In this document: one piece after another, positions 12,088-25,202 of the stretch
Layout of the letters: the number at the start of each line of letters is the position of its first letter
Numbering within the stretch: position 1 is the stretch's first letter
NCBI GenBank assembly: GCA_050273025.1
Contig: CP158635.1
Coordinates: forward strand, 24,428,001 to 24,492,000
Direction of reading: 5' to 3'
DNA length: 64,000 nucleotides
Source: Cenococcum geophilum
Lineage: Eukaryota
Notes under the pieces: generated by a model
The model's database searches: none
What the model was told of the DNA's origin: nothing
What the model saw: the letters and a program-made list of their open reading frames with translations, nothing else
Translations under genes and position numbers: made by a program

Positions 12088-13860
12088 TTGCAGAGCTCTC
12101 GTGAGCCGCAGCAATCTCCGCAGCAACCTCCGCAACAACCTCCGCAGGAACCTCCGCAGCGACCGCAGCAGCTATACATACATACACCACCTGAACCGGC
12201 CGTGACTAGTACGGAGCAAGGACCTAGGCAAGGACCTAGATACAGCAAGGAGGTGGCCATAATTGCAGAGATCTATACAGATAATAAGTTGTTTATGGCT
12301 TGCCAGGGAATTCCTTTGCAGTCTTCAACCGTTACCGTGATTAAGCGCGTAACGATCGCCCTCGCGTAACGATCGCTCGCATAAAATTTCAATTACTTTT
12401 ATCTCCACCAATATAGCTCCAATTAAGGCCATATTAGATTTATTGGAATTACTAAGGCCTAGAGAATCTTATAATTATACTAAAATATTTAAATAAGTAG
12501 AAATTTAAGCTACCTTTTATATAGTATTACCTTTTATATAGGGTTTCCTACTTTTTATACTATTTATAACTTAATAACCTCCTAATAAAATTCTATAAAA
12601 ATTTAAATATAACTTATTAACTATTAAAACTATAATTTTATAATAAAAATTTTTAAAATTTAGTAATATATTTATGTTAAATTTAGGCTTAAAAATATAG
12701 TATTTTAATATAAACTAGATCTATTATTATTGCTAATAACTTTATTATATACTTATATTTTATATATATTTTATATATATATATAAGTAAGTTTTTTTAG
12801 TAACTATTAAATATATTTAATATATTATTATAATATACTTTATAAGTAAGTTACTTATTTTATTTCTTATTAAAACTATTAAGTAGTATTTTAATAATTG
12901 CTTAATAATAAATTCTAAAAATTTATAATTAAGCTTTTATATACTACTCTATTACTTTATAGGAATTTAAGAGTAATATATATTTTAGTTTTAAAGATAT
13001 TATATTTTATATTTTAGTTTAGTTTATAAATTTAGGCTAAATAACTTAATCTTAATAACTATTATATACTTTACTCCTAGATTTTTATAGGGTAATATAG
13101 TAGTATATAAAAGCTTAATTATAAATTTTTAGAATTTATTATTAAGCAATTATTAAAATACTACTTAATAGTTTTAATAAGAAATAAAATAAGTAACTTA
13201 CTTATAAAGTATATTATAATAATATATTAAATATATTTAATAGTTACTAAAAAAACTTACTTATATATATATATAAAATATATATAAAATATAAGTATAT
13301 AATAAAGTTATTAGCAATAATAATAATAGATCTAGTTTATATTAAAATACTATATTTTTAAGCCTAAATTTAACATAAATATATTACTAAATTTTAAAAA
13401 TTTTTATTATAAAATTATAGTTTTAATAGTTAATAAGTTATATTTAAATTTTTATAGAATTTTATTAGGAGGTTATTAAGTTATAAATAGTATAAAAAGT
13501 AGGAAACCCTATATAAAAGGTAATACTATATAAAAGGTAGCTTAAATTTCTACTTATTTAAATATTTTAGTATAATTATAAGATTCTCTAGGCCTTAGTA
13601 ATTCCAATAAATCTAATATGGCCTTAATTGGAGCTATATTGGTGGAGATAAAAGTAATTAAAATTTTATGCGAGCGATCGTTACGCGAGGGCGATCGTTA
13701 CGCGCTTAATCACGGTACATGGGAGAAGGAACACCCTAGTTAAAGAGTATATACTACCTTCTATACGGATCGCCACTACCACAATCAAGATCAAGGCCGA
13801 AACTACAACCGAAACTTTAGCCGCAATCGAGCACCCTGCGGACGATATAATAAAGGGGTA
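12088..13860 (+). pseudogene. Collapsed Copia gag remnant in D, split by the palindromic element
   Basis: A P/Q-rich tract, then YSKEVAIIAEIYTD, KLFMACQGIP and LQSSTVT|WEKEHP (contiguous across the insertion), then YTDRHYH. These resemble fungal Copia gag motifs. Confidence 0.6.
12335..13715. mobile_element. Foldback/palindromic non-autonomous DNA transposon with TA TSD (Tc1/mariner-like termini)
   Basis: TA|CCGTGATTAAGCGCGTAACGATCGC...GCGATCGTTACGCGCTTAATCACGG|TA. Inverted arms lie at 12335-12948 and 13099-13715 with a 150-bp spacer. Confidence 0.88.
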
Positions 13861-16800
13861 GGTTGAACAAACGAACTTGTCATGGAACCACCTGACGCTC
13901 GCACCGTACTGCTACCTGAATCTGACAACTGTTGCGCCGATACGCCTGTGAACCAACCCTATAACAAGACTCCGTGCCGATCTGCCTACGGAACCGGCCC
14001 TACGCTGGCACTGTACTGCCACATACTATCGACAAACTGATAGCGCCGCTATGCCTGCTATTACGATACTGATCGCGCTAATACACCTGCGATCTACCAA
14101 CCAAACGATCGTGCCTGTACGCCTATAATTAACTGACCGACTAATAGACAAGCTCTATGCCTAACCACTATTACTACCGCCGCTGGTACCGTACTACTAC
14201 CCGAACAGACTTTTGCTGCTTCCGCCTGCAGCTAAACTAACACTTTACTGCCTTTCTGCAGCGCCATAAGCACAAAGAAAGAACTGCTAGTGTCGGAATG
14301 TATGGACAGGTTATATTGTCTCTGATTAGTCACCCTTATGGTGACTCATCAGCCCCCTACTTAGGCACTGCGATCCTTACGATCCTTTGCTTTTTACATT
14401 AAAAGAAGAACAATAATCATCATACTATCTACGAACCGTAGCTACGTGATATCACCTTGTGTAACTAACAATAAGCTTACTAAAAAAGAAGGTAGAGTAC
14501 TAAAAGAGTTTATTTAAGAAAACTTATAAAAGGGATATATTAGACTATTATATTTATTAGTAGGTTATCTAGTACTATTCGTATTAAAGAAAATGGTAAA
14601 CTAAGGCTGTGTATTAACTATAGATAGTTAAACAGCATTACTAAGAAAAATAGGTATCCTTTACCCTTAATTAGCAAAATCTAAGATAGGATAGGTAATG
14701 CGCAAATCTTTATAAAAATAAATCTAAGATAGGCATACCACTAGATTAGAATTAAGGAAGGCGATAAATAAAAGGCAGCTTTTAGGTTAAAGGAAGGACT
14801 ATATAAACTATTAGTTATATAATTTAGGCTTATAAACGTACCAGCAACGTTTTAAAAGCGTATTAATAATATATTAGGAGAACACTTAGATGAATTTATT
14901 ATAGTATATCTTAATAATATTATTATCTACTTAAAGAATAAGAAAAAGTATAGAGAATATATTAAATAGGTTTTAAAGAGACTATAAAAAGAATAGATGC
15001 TAGTAGTAATTAAGAAATGCGAGTTCTTTACCAAAAAAACTAATTTTATTAGATTTATTATTAAACTAGGCTAACTTAATATAGATCTAAAAAAGATCGA
15101 GGCTATAGTAAATTAGTAGGAACTAGAGAATATTATATAGTTAGGGTTATTTTTAGGGTTTTGCAATTACTATAGAAGGTTTATAGCGTAATAGTTAAAA
15201 AATGTTAAACTATTTATACAACTAATAAAGAAAGAAAAACTATAAGTATAGGGAGAGGAATAGTAAGAATTGTTTAAAAAAGTTAAAGAGTTATTTACCT
15301 AGGAGCTAGTTCTTAAAATTTATTAACTAGGACTAGAGACGGCTATAAAAATAAATATATTAGACTTTATACTAGGGGTATACTTTATATAGAAATATTA
15401 AGATAGATAGCACCTAGTGGTATATTATAGTCGAAAGATAATACTACTAAAGTTAAACTATAATATTTATAATAAGGAGTTACTAGGTATAGTTATAGTA
15501 TTAAAGGAATAGAAAGCATTTTTATAAGGCATAGAAAAACTATTTATAGTTAAGATAGATTATAAGAACCTAATAGGATTCCTAATAATAAAGGAACTTA
15601 ATTAAAGATAGGTTAGATAGGTAAAGATACTTATAGAATACTATTTTAAAATTTAGTATACTAAAGGAATAGATAATATATAAGCAGATACTATAAGTTA
15701 AAAGGCTAGGTTATAAAATAATAAAAAGCTATTAGGGGCTTTATTGCAAAAAGATATAAATAGACTAATTAGGTATAATTATTTAAAAATTATAATAACT
15801 TAAGAAGAACTAGATAGAGTTTACAAGTTATTAGAAAGCTTTTGGATATAAAGGATCTTTAAGGTATAGCTAAAAGAATAGTTAGAATATTTAGGAGAAG
15901 AAATATTATATAAATATAGAGAGGTAAAGTATATTCTAAGAAGCATAGCAGAACACTTTATAGAAGATTTCTATAAGGGAATAACTTAAGGACATAATAG
16001 AGCTACGGGCTTAGTGTTAAAACTTTAAAAGGAGTATATTATTAATAGAATTTAGGGCTTAGCGTAAAAGGTTATAAAAGAATATCTAAATTACTAAAGA
16101 AATAAACTAATAAGGTATAAGCCGTATAGAGGACTATAACCTATTAAAATACTAAAGAGACTATAGGAGGTTATATTATAGGACTTTATTATAAAGCTAG
16201 TAAAGTTAAGAGATCCTATTACCGGATAAGATTATAATATAATTTTAGTAATAATAGACAAGCTTATAAAGTGGCGATACTTTATAATATGCATAGAAGA
16301 AATACTAGTAGAAGACGTTGCTAAAATCTATATTAAAGAAGTATTCGCAAAATACGGAGCACTAAGTAAGATTATATCGGATAGAGATCTAAGATTTATA
16401 GCAATATTTTAGAAGGTATTCTTAGCGGAATAAGAAGTTAGAGTAGCAACTTTTACTATATATTATCCGCAAATAGATAGTTAAATGGAAAGATTAAATT
16501 AAATACTAGAATAGTATCTAAGATATTATATTAATTACGCGTAGAATAATTAGGTATTGCTATTACTAGTTATATAGTTTATATATAATGCAATACCACA
16601 AGAAGGAATAGGCATATTACTATTTAAGGCAAATTATGGATATAAGCTAAGAATATTATTATTACTATAATAAGCAAAGAAAATAAGTAGTATAGCTAAA
16701 GAAAGAATAAAGATACTAATAAATCTTTATATAGACCTTATAGAATTAATAAAGAAAGTATAAAAAAGAATAAAAAGGTATTATAATGCTAGGAGATCTA

Positions 16801-17093
16801 AGGGACTAGATCTTAAGGAGGGAGATAAAGTATGGCTACTATACAAAAATTTTAAAAGTTAATAATTAAGTAAGAAGTTGGACTACGTTAGACTAAGACC
16901 CTTTAAAATTAAATAAAGAATTTTACTAGTTACGTTTAAATTAAACCTACTAGCTAAAATAAAGATCTACCCTATATAGTATATTACAATGCTAAAGCCA
17001 GTATATAGGAATATTAAGCTACTAGTTTATAAAGCAGATACGTATAAAGGATAAAAAGAAGATAAATAGTAAATTTTAAAGATTATTAATTAT

Positions 17094-18377
17094 TGTTTAT
17101 ATCACTCTGCGTAATATAAAGCGTCTCCCGGGTAGTGAGTCTTCCACGGGGCACGTAGCACTATAGACGTATAGTACTAGTATGCTCTATGTGGATGTGA
17201 CTAACTTATATTGAGTAGGCCACGTAGGCCTCTATATACTCTATAGAAAGGTCTAAGCGACGGAAGCGAAACAGGTCACATGACCAGGTCATATGACCTA
17301 TTTACATTCAAACACTGGGAGCACTTCGAAGTTCAGCCTGTTGTAGTCCGTATAGTGTCTGTATAAGGCCATAACGTATAAGTTATAACGCAGACTCGTT
17401 ACGGCTTATATGTCGACTCGTTACGGCCTATATATCGACTATATTAACATCCAACCCCTTATATCCTTTTTCTCCCTCTCTACTCTCCTCCCTGTATCTC
17501 CTCTAAAACCCATCCGTACCGTCTGCTTGTTTAGGGACTCCGTAACTCTAACTCCAGTACCCTCTTATATATATTTCCTGGCAACGTTAAGGGTATAGGA
17601 ACGTGTAGCCGTAAGGGCCCCGGCACAGGTTCGAAGTCTGTTAAGTAGACAATTGTTTAGGGTTCGAAGGTGCCCCGTAACTGTTCTGCCAAGAGCGTTA
17701 CGGGTCTGCGAATAGGTAGATAGTATAAGGGGTGGCGGGTGGCGGGTGTGTAGGGGCTTCGAGGTCTGCGAAGCCGTAGGGTATTAAGAGTGTTTTAAGG
17801 CTTGCTCGTATTGCTTGTTCAGGGACTACGTTGCTTAAGGGCCCGTAGTCTGTCAAGGAAAGGATCGTCTGGCGTACGTAGGTCGATTGATTTGGTGGAC
17901 CGAGTTAAGGCTTGAAACTGCTTCGCGACCGCTCTCCTTTGGGCGCCAGGAGTGTCTTTCGAAGCGGGTGAAGGAAGGTAGGTAGGTAGGTATAAGGGGT
18001 TTAAGGACGTTTCGTGGTTACTCCGATATTTCGTATACGAGCCTCGTTGGCTATTCGATGCTTTGCATATAAAATCTTATAACCTTCGCACACGGAGCTC
18101 TTCAAACAAGCCCCTTGTTAGAGTACGCTTTTTGATCTATAGCGCTTATTAATTAATGTTTGTATCACTCTGCGTGATATAAAGCGTTTCCCGGGTGGTA
18201 AGTCTTCTACGGGGCACGTAGCACTATAGACGTATAGTACTAGTATGCTCTATATGGATGTGACTGACTTATATTAAGTAGGCCACGTAGGCCTCTATAT
18301 ACTCTATAGAAAGGTCCAAGCGACGGAAGCGAAACAGGTCACATGACCAGGTCATATGACCTATTTACATTCAAACA
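17094..18377 (-). mobile_element. Small non-autonomous LTR element E (TRIM-like, 1284 bp)
   Basis: 221-bp LTRs at 17094-17314 and 18157-18377 with TSD ATTAT. The minus strand has a TTAATTAATAA leader and CCAG before the 3' LTR, like element C. Confidence 0.88.
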
Positions 18378-18539
18378 ATTATAAAGACATTAATAATAAA
18401 ATATGGTATAAAGTTAAGTAAATAAGCTATACTAAAACTATCTAAAAGCTACTATAAAATTTAAAAAACGCTATGGGAAAGGTATAGGAGTATTAAAAGA
18501 GATTAGGTTAGGCAGAATTAATAAAGAAAAATTACTAAA

Positions 18540-19060
18540 AAATAAGTTACCTAAGGGGAACCTAAGAAAAATAGTTGCCGATCTATTTAGACCTATTCCC
18601 TTCTTAGTTAAAGAAGAGTCTGTTTTTTTATTACTAAGTTCCTATAAACCCTATTTTATAAGTTTCTACTTCTTAAAACAAACCTTCTTATAAACCTTCT
18701 TAAGATAGATTAACCAAGTGGACGTAGCCAGACGAGCCTTAAGGGCCCGCTATTAAGCATTAGCAGCTTCCTATTTAGCGTCTTAAAAATAACAAAGTTT
18801 AGTTAGCGCTACTAATAGTTTATTATCTAGCTGCGTAGCAGTAAATTAAATATAAAACCCTAAAATAAATTAATTAGGGAACTAGATAACTATTAAAAAC
18901 AATAAGTTATATATATTTAGTATTAGAGATAGAGCGGACGTTATAAGACGAATAAATATTTGCTTTAGTGTACTCTAAGTAAAAGGACGGTTGCCGCGAA
19001 GATGGGTTCACTAATGTAATATAGATAAACTCCTTTTTTAAACAATAAGAATATAAAGAT
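18540..19060 (-). pseudogene. Putative antisense extra ORF in the 3' region of gypsy B (homolog in A at ~48590-49100)
   Basis: Collinear minus-strand coding-like sequence in both A and B, with an N-terminal Cys-spaced remnant, an intron-like CTAATT...TTTTAG and a charged helical C-terminus. Confidence 0.4.
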
Positions 19061-19526
19061 AGTATAACCTTACTAAGAGACAATATTACCGTAATAGTGC
19101 GAGTGCAACACAGAGTTAAAGAAGAAAAAATTGCTTTAGGTATAATAAGTAATAATATTAACTAAATTAATTAGACAGATATTATACCTCTAGTAAATAA
19201 CTTAGAGATATTTAGGATCTTTAAGGACAAAGATAAGAAGGAGGGAGATAGTATTACGGATGCTTTAAGTATAATATTATAACTACTTAGGAGAGAGTTA
19301 GAAGGAGCTAGTTAGTTAATTAAAGTATAGTCTAGAATAGAGCCGGTAAAACTATATAACAAGGAATAGTAACTAAGGTTATATAGGGTGATCTATATAA
19401 TCTATATAATTTACGAGATCTATAACAGAGTAAATAAAGCATATATATATTATATATAAGAAGGATTTTATAAGAGTACGGTTGTGTATTTAAGGACCCT
19501 TAGTTCCTACCTAGATAGTTTCTTCC

Positions 19527-21431
19527 TGTCTAAACGAGTTCGAATAGGAATTTATGGTCGCAATCACGTGAGCTAAGCGAGCTCAGGAAACCCCTTAAAT
19601 TGCACCTCTTTATGTATAATTAGAAGACAACAATCATACAACCTAACAAGACTACAATTACGATATTACGTGATATTAGCCTTAGGTCATATGTTCCGAC
19701 ATTAATTAATAAATGCGTATAGATTAAGCACTTAACCTAGGGCATTCTGCGATTACAATTCAAGAAGACGTTCGGCAGTTTTGTGGATTAAGCAAGTTAT
19801 ACGACGTTCGGCAGTCAGCTACTTGCTTTATCGTAAAGAGTAGTAGAAAGGCAAAAAGCGTTCGGCAGCTTTTAGAGCGTTCGGCAGCTCTCTTTTTACT
19901 ATTGCTACCTCCCTGTCGATCTTTAGAGCGTACGGCAGCGAACTAATCGATTCTGGTGTTAGGAACACCATAAGCTAGGCTTCTACCAATCGACGGCCCT
20001 GCCAGCCTACCACACCTTAATCGACGGCCCTACTAGCCTGCCACATACAGTCAATTAACGGCCCTACTAGCCTGCCACATACAGTCAATCGACGGCCCTG
20101 CTAGCCTACCCTACCTTATACCTTAATCGACGGCCCTACTAGCCTACCATACCTTAATCGACGGCCCTACTAGCCTGCCATATACAGTTAATCGACGGCC
20201 CTGCTAGCCTGCCCTACCTTATACATCAATTGACGGCCCTACTAGCCTGCCACATACAGTCAATCGACGGCCCTGCTAGCCTACCCTACCTTATACATTA
20301 ATCGACGGCCCTACTAGCCTGCCATATACAACGTCAAAGGAAGAGCTGGATAAGACGTCAAAGGAAGAGACTATTGAGACGTTAGATGAGGACGAGACAT
20401 AGGTGGACTCTGGAAATCGATAGGTAGACTCTAGCGGAAATTAAGACCAAACGAACGACCAAGAGAAGCTCAACTCTTAAGACGATAATGTAATAGGCCC
20501 GCAAGCCTCGAAGGACGATCCTCTACCCAACCTCCCTACTCCGTCTGCTCAAGCTCCGTCCATACAAGCTCCGCCCATGCAAGCTCCGCCTATGCAAGCT
20601 CCGTCCGCGCAAGCTCTATCCGCGGAAGCTCCGCTAGCTTTACCCTCTTCGTTAACCAAAGCCAAGGAGCCACGACAGCCAAACTCGTACGAACCTCCGC
20701 AACCTGCTATTATGCCTACCTTCGTTTCTAACGAAAGAACCATTTGAATTATAAGGAACGCCACATAACTTTCCGATTCGGTACAAATTCCATAATTTCT
20801 ACGAACTTAAGGCTTTATAATAGCCGATTTTGCTCTTATTACTAGAAAGACCTTGTAAGAGCTAATTACATACCTTAAAAGCCAAGGATTTCAAATTCGA
20901 CCAACCGATTAACGTTACTCTCTTATAAGCGTACTTATAGAGTGGATAGAAGGTGAATAGCAAAAGGAAGCACAAGAGTAAGCTCGCCAGGCTCGCCAAG
21001 CTTAGCTCAAAGCTCGACGTCTAGAAGAAGTTCGACGACAAGCTTATCAGGCTTAAATCAAAGCTCAATATTAAGAAGAGATTTAACAGCAAGAGCAAGC
21101 TCGTTAAGCCCTTTTCCTAGCTTAAGTCAAAGCTTAAAATCAATCTTGGTGGTAAATAATAGGGAATAGGTAAAACGTTAGGAATGTACGACGTTTAATA
21201 GTGTCTCTTTTTACTATCTTTTTATACTAGTAGTTTCATTTTTTAAGTACCGCCAGTGTCTGAACGAGTTCGAATAGGAATTTATGGTCGCAATCACGTG
21301 AGCTAAGCGAGCTCAGGAAACCCCTTAAATTGCACCTCTTTATGTACAATTAGAAGACAACGATCATACAACCTAACAAGACTACGATTACGACATTACG
21401 TGATATTAGCCTTAGGTCATGTGTTCCGACA
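19527..21431 (+). mobile_element. Small non-autonomous LTR element C (1905 bp) inserted in the 3' LTR of B
   Basis: 175-bp LTRs at 19527-19701 and 21257-21431 with TSD CTTCC. It contains an internal minisatellite and a Q/A/R-rich coding remnant (~20340-21180). Confidence 0.9.
19988..20330 (+). repeat. Minisatellite, about 10 copies of a 30-39 bp unit (AATCGACGGCCCTRCTAGCCTGCCACATACAGTC variants)
   Basis: Visible tandem units within element C. Confidence 0.9.
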
Positions 21432-24400
21432 CTTCCTTATAGTAATTTTTAGAATACAATTGGAGTTAATCTATTAGGCAACCACTCCACCAGTTATTAT
21501 TGCGTTGTTAATTTTAATTTGCATTACCTATATACCTAGCCTAATAACGAGCCTATCGTAGTACTTGCTACAAGGTTCCGTTACATTAAAGGCGACAACT
21601 ATAGTAAAAAGAAAACTCTAGGATCTAACCTAACGTACTTTAGTAATTAATTATATAATATAGTTTTAGACGCTAGCTATATAGGTTAAATAGAATAATA
21701 AGGCGCTTATAGTATAGTATAAATAAGGACTTAAAGCGAAAGTCTAGAATGTAATTATCTTAATAGAAGATCCAAATACCCTTAGAGAATTAATTAATTA
21801 AGTAATTAAGATTAATAATAGGATCTACTAGAGGGAATAGGCCAAGAGAGGTTAGGATAGAGTTCTATAGTTATATAAGGCGCAAAAAACGCAATAGTAG
21901 CAGTAAACCTAAAAACTATAGTATAGCGCAAAGCTAATAAACCTAAGTAGTACTAAGAAATCTAGGAAGTAGAATAAGAAACTATAGAAACCTAGAGATT
22001 AATAATTAAGTAATTATAGGACTAAAAAGCAGAGGCTAAACCAGGGATCTTAGCAGTAGAAGATATTTAGGCGGGCTCTATAACAAGAAAAATAGCTTAT
22101 AAAAGGAGCTTGTATAGACTACGGAAAATAGGGTTATTTTGCTAAAGACTATAGAAGTAGTTAGAGTTACTACACAGTAAAAGAAATAAGACTAGTAGAC
22201 AATATATATATAGAGGGACGATAATATACTGCGAGAAATAAAAGAGTATTTAAGTAATAGTTTCGCGTTCTGTTATAATAACGCATACTAAGTTTATAAG
22301 GACGCTAAATATAGCGCAAGCTATTGGCTATAAGAGCCTAAGTTAAGAGGACTTTAGAGCATAAGAGAGTTAGATAAAAAACAGGATTAACTTTATAAGC
22401 TGGACTAGGATAAAAACGGTATATATAGTTAGCAGTTAGCGGAGAAAGTTCCTACGTACTAGTATTACTAAGTAATAGGGTCTAAGGATCAAGACGATTG
22501 GACTATTAGCAGCAATTATAAAAAATAAGTAACTAACTAGGAGTATATAAAACTTGAATATACAATAGAGGTAGAGAATAATTCCACTATAGAACAGGAA
22601 ACATTGGTAGGAATTAAAAACCCACTAGATACGATGTCTATTACTTTATAAAACGCAAGAGAAGTAGGACAATAAACCACTTTGGCACTTAATAACGGTA
22701 AAAGACTATAGGCTTAAGATTCTTAAAAAGAGATAAGAGACGCTTAAGATTCCTAAGACGGGATAAGATAAGCTTAAGAACCTATAATAGATAACAACCG
22801 ATAGAGCAGAGTAGTAGTTTAGTTTAAAAATATATAAATAAGCTTGGGATAGAGTTTTCTATAGGCGCAAGATTCTTAAGATAAGATAAGCAAGATTTAA
22901 GACTCTTAAGACGAGATAAGAACACTACTAAAGCCTAATTAGACTAAGGTAGGAGCGTAGCTTAAGAAAAAAGCAAGCTTAAAACTAAGAAAACTATAAA
23001 ACCAAGACTCTAATATTAGGATAAGGACTATTAAAGAAATTATAAGCAAGACTTCATAATAGGATTAAAAGGTTAATACCTTAGTTAAAAGCATAAAGAC
23101 TTTAACTCGTTAGTAAGAAAGAAGCCAGACAAAAGCTGTAAAGAATTTAGAAAGAGAATCTTTATATAGTAAACAGAAATGCTAAAGGCAACAAACCGTT
23201 TAGGGAAAAGATTACCTATATAAAGAGTTACTAATAGGCCTAAGGCAGGTATACTAAGCTAACTAAACTAGAAGAAGAAGAGGATTTTAGGATCTTAATT
23301 AGGTTTAAAAAACGATATATAAAGGGCTATTATAATATAATAATAAGAAGATATTTCCTTATGGACAGACCGTATATACTTAGGGAGTTATACTAAAAGT
23401 AGTATAGGCAACGACACAATAATAAGTGGAAAGATTTTTATATATAATTAAATAAACAAGTTATTAGAAACTAATTAATTACGGGAAAAGGCATAAATTA
23501 TATTAAGGGAGCCTTAATTATAATATCTAAAGACCTAGAAGAACAATTAGAGGACTAGAGAAGTGAATAATATATCTTAGTACCTATAAATAAAACAGTA
23601 ACGTTTAGGTTAGTGCGATAGAGGTTTAAACTTAAGGATAAAGAGAAGCTAAGAGTTAACCTAAAGCACTTAGTATACTATATATTAGTATAAATTATAT
23701 ATATAGATAATATATACAATATACACAAAAACCTAAAAAAGAATAATTAGAAGTACTTTATAAGAATATATTAGGCACCAGATAAATAAAAATATAAAAA
23801 TGCTAAGAATATATACAGATAGCATCTAATAGAAGTTTAAGAGTTAGGGGACTTAATACTTTAACTAGAAAGATTCCTTACGGAAGAATGCTTAAATAGA
23901 TAATAGTAATAGGAATGCCTAGAGAATATATATCTATAGTATATTAAAGATAAAAGCGAATAAGATATTGGCTAAAAAGTAAGCTAAGTATAACAGGATT
24001 AAGTAGCTAATAGTTAGGAAAAGTAGAGGCCTATAGGACTAGAGAGAGCTAGTAGTAGAGCCTTAGACCCTTAAAGGAATTTAAGGATAACACCTAAATT
24101 TATAAGTTAATTAGCAAGATTAATAGTTTAAAGTATTAATAGATAGTAGAGCAATAAGGAACTATATCTTACTAACAATAGTAAAATAGATAGGACTACC
24201 TTATAGACAGAAAGAGCGTTTATATCTACTAGTTATAATTTTAGGAGATCTAATAGCCTACGGAAAAGGCATTATTAATCTTAAAATAGAACCTATTTAA
24301 ATAATCATTAAAGGAAGATAAATTAAAATATCTTTTAATATCCTACTATTAGGACGGGATAAGGCAGTATTAGGAAAGCCTTAGTTATAGGAATATAACC

Positions 24401-25202
24401 TAAAGATTAATTAGGTTATAGGTTAGGTTAATATTAGAGATACTTAATAACGTAAGATATAATAATAGACTAAGCTAATATAGTACTAAGTTAGAGTAAT
24501 ATATAAGGAAATAAAGCAAGGCTTAAGTTATATACTAAAGAGATACTATAAGTATAATAAAAAGCTATAGAGCCTAGAAAGTAAAAAGCTATTAAAGTAT
24601 ATAGTATAGGACTATAAAATAGAGTTAGAACTAGAAATAGGTTTAAGGTTCTTTCCAATCTATAAACTAACTAAAGAAGAGTTAAGGGCACTTAAAGAGT
24701 TTATTTAGGAAAACCTATAAAAGGGATATATTAGACTATCGCAGTTATTAGTAGGTTATTTAGTATTATTTATATTAAAGAAGAACGGAAAGTTTAGGCT
24801 GTATATTAACTATACATAGTTAAATAGCATTACTAGGAAGGATAGGTATCCTTTATTTTTAATTAGCAAAATCTATAATAGGATAGGTAATACAGAAATA
24901 TTTATAAAGATAGATCTAAGATAGGCGTACCATTAAATTAGAATTAAGAAAGGCGGCAGATAGAAGGCAGCCTTTAGGCTAAAGAAAGGACTATATAAAC
25001 TATTAGTTATATAATTCGGACTTATAAATACACCAGTAATATTCTAAAAGCGAATTAATAGTATATTAGGGGAATACCTCGATAAGTTTGTTATAGTATA
25101 CCTTAATAATAATATTATCTACTTAATAAGCGAGGAAGAATACGGGGAACACGTTAAATAGGTCTTAAAGAGACTATAAGAAGAATAGATGCTAGTAGTA
25201 AT

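Larger units (their letters stand above)
9289..14470 (+). mobile_element. Non-autonomous Copia-derived LTR element D with scrambled gag fragments
   Basis: LTRs at 9289-9470 and 14291-14470 (TGTCGG...AACA) with TSD ATAAG. Its leader CTGATTAGTAGTTAAC and pre-LTR AAAGAAAGAACTGCTAG resemble those of Copia F. No pol is present. Confidence 0.87.
3592..18540 (+). pseudogene. RIP-degraded gag-pol of gypsy B, interrupted by the piggyBac and elements D and E
   Basis: ATG CCA at 3592; zinc-knuckle remnant ~4600; protease ~6510; RT YLDDII-like (TAT CTT AAT AAT ATT ATT) ~14906; RNase H NYDIYDKELL-like ~15455; integrase SDRDPRF-like ~16377; chromodomain ~17065/18380-18500. Confidence 0.88.
3123..21585 (+). 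mobile_element. Ty3/gypsy LTR retrotransposon B (same family as A), inserted in the gag of A
   Basis: LTRs at 3123-3546 and 19252-21585 (the latter split by element C), TSD CTAAA/TTAAA (one transition), and PPT AAGAAGGAGGGAGATAG. Confidence 0.92.

Noticed and set aside
19988..20330. Possible CRISPR array (also considered for 46586-46770 and 51963-52127)
   Set aside because: There are no unique spacers and no cas genes, and the context is eukaryotic TEs; these are minisatellites.
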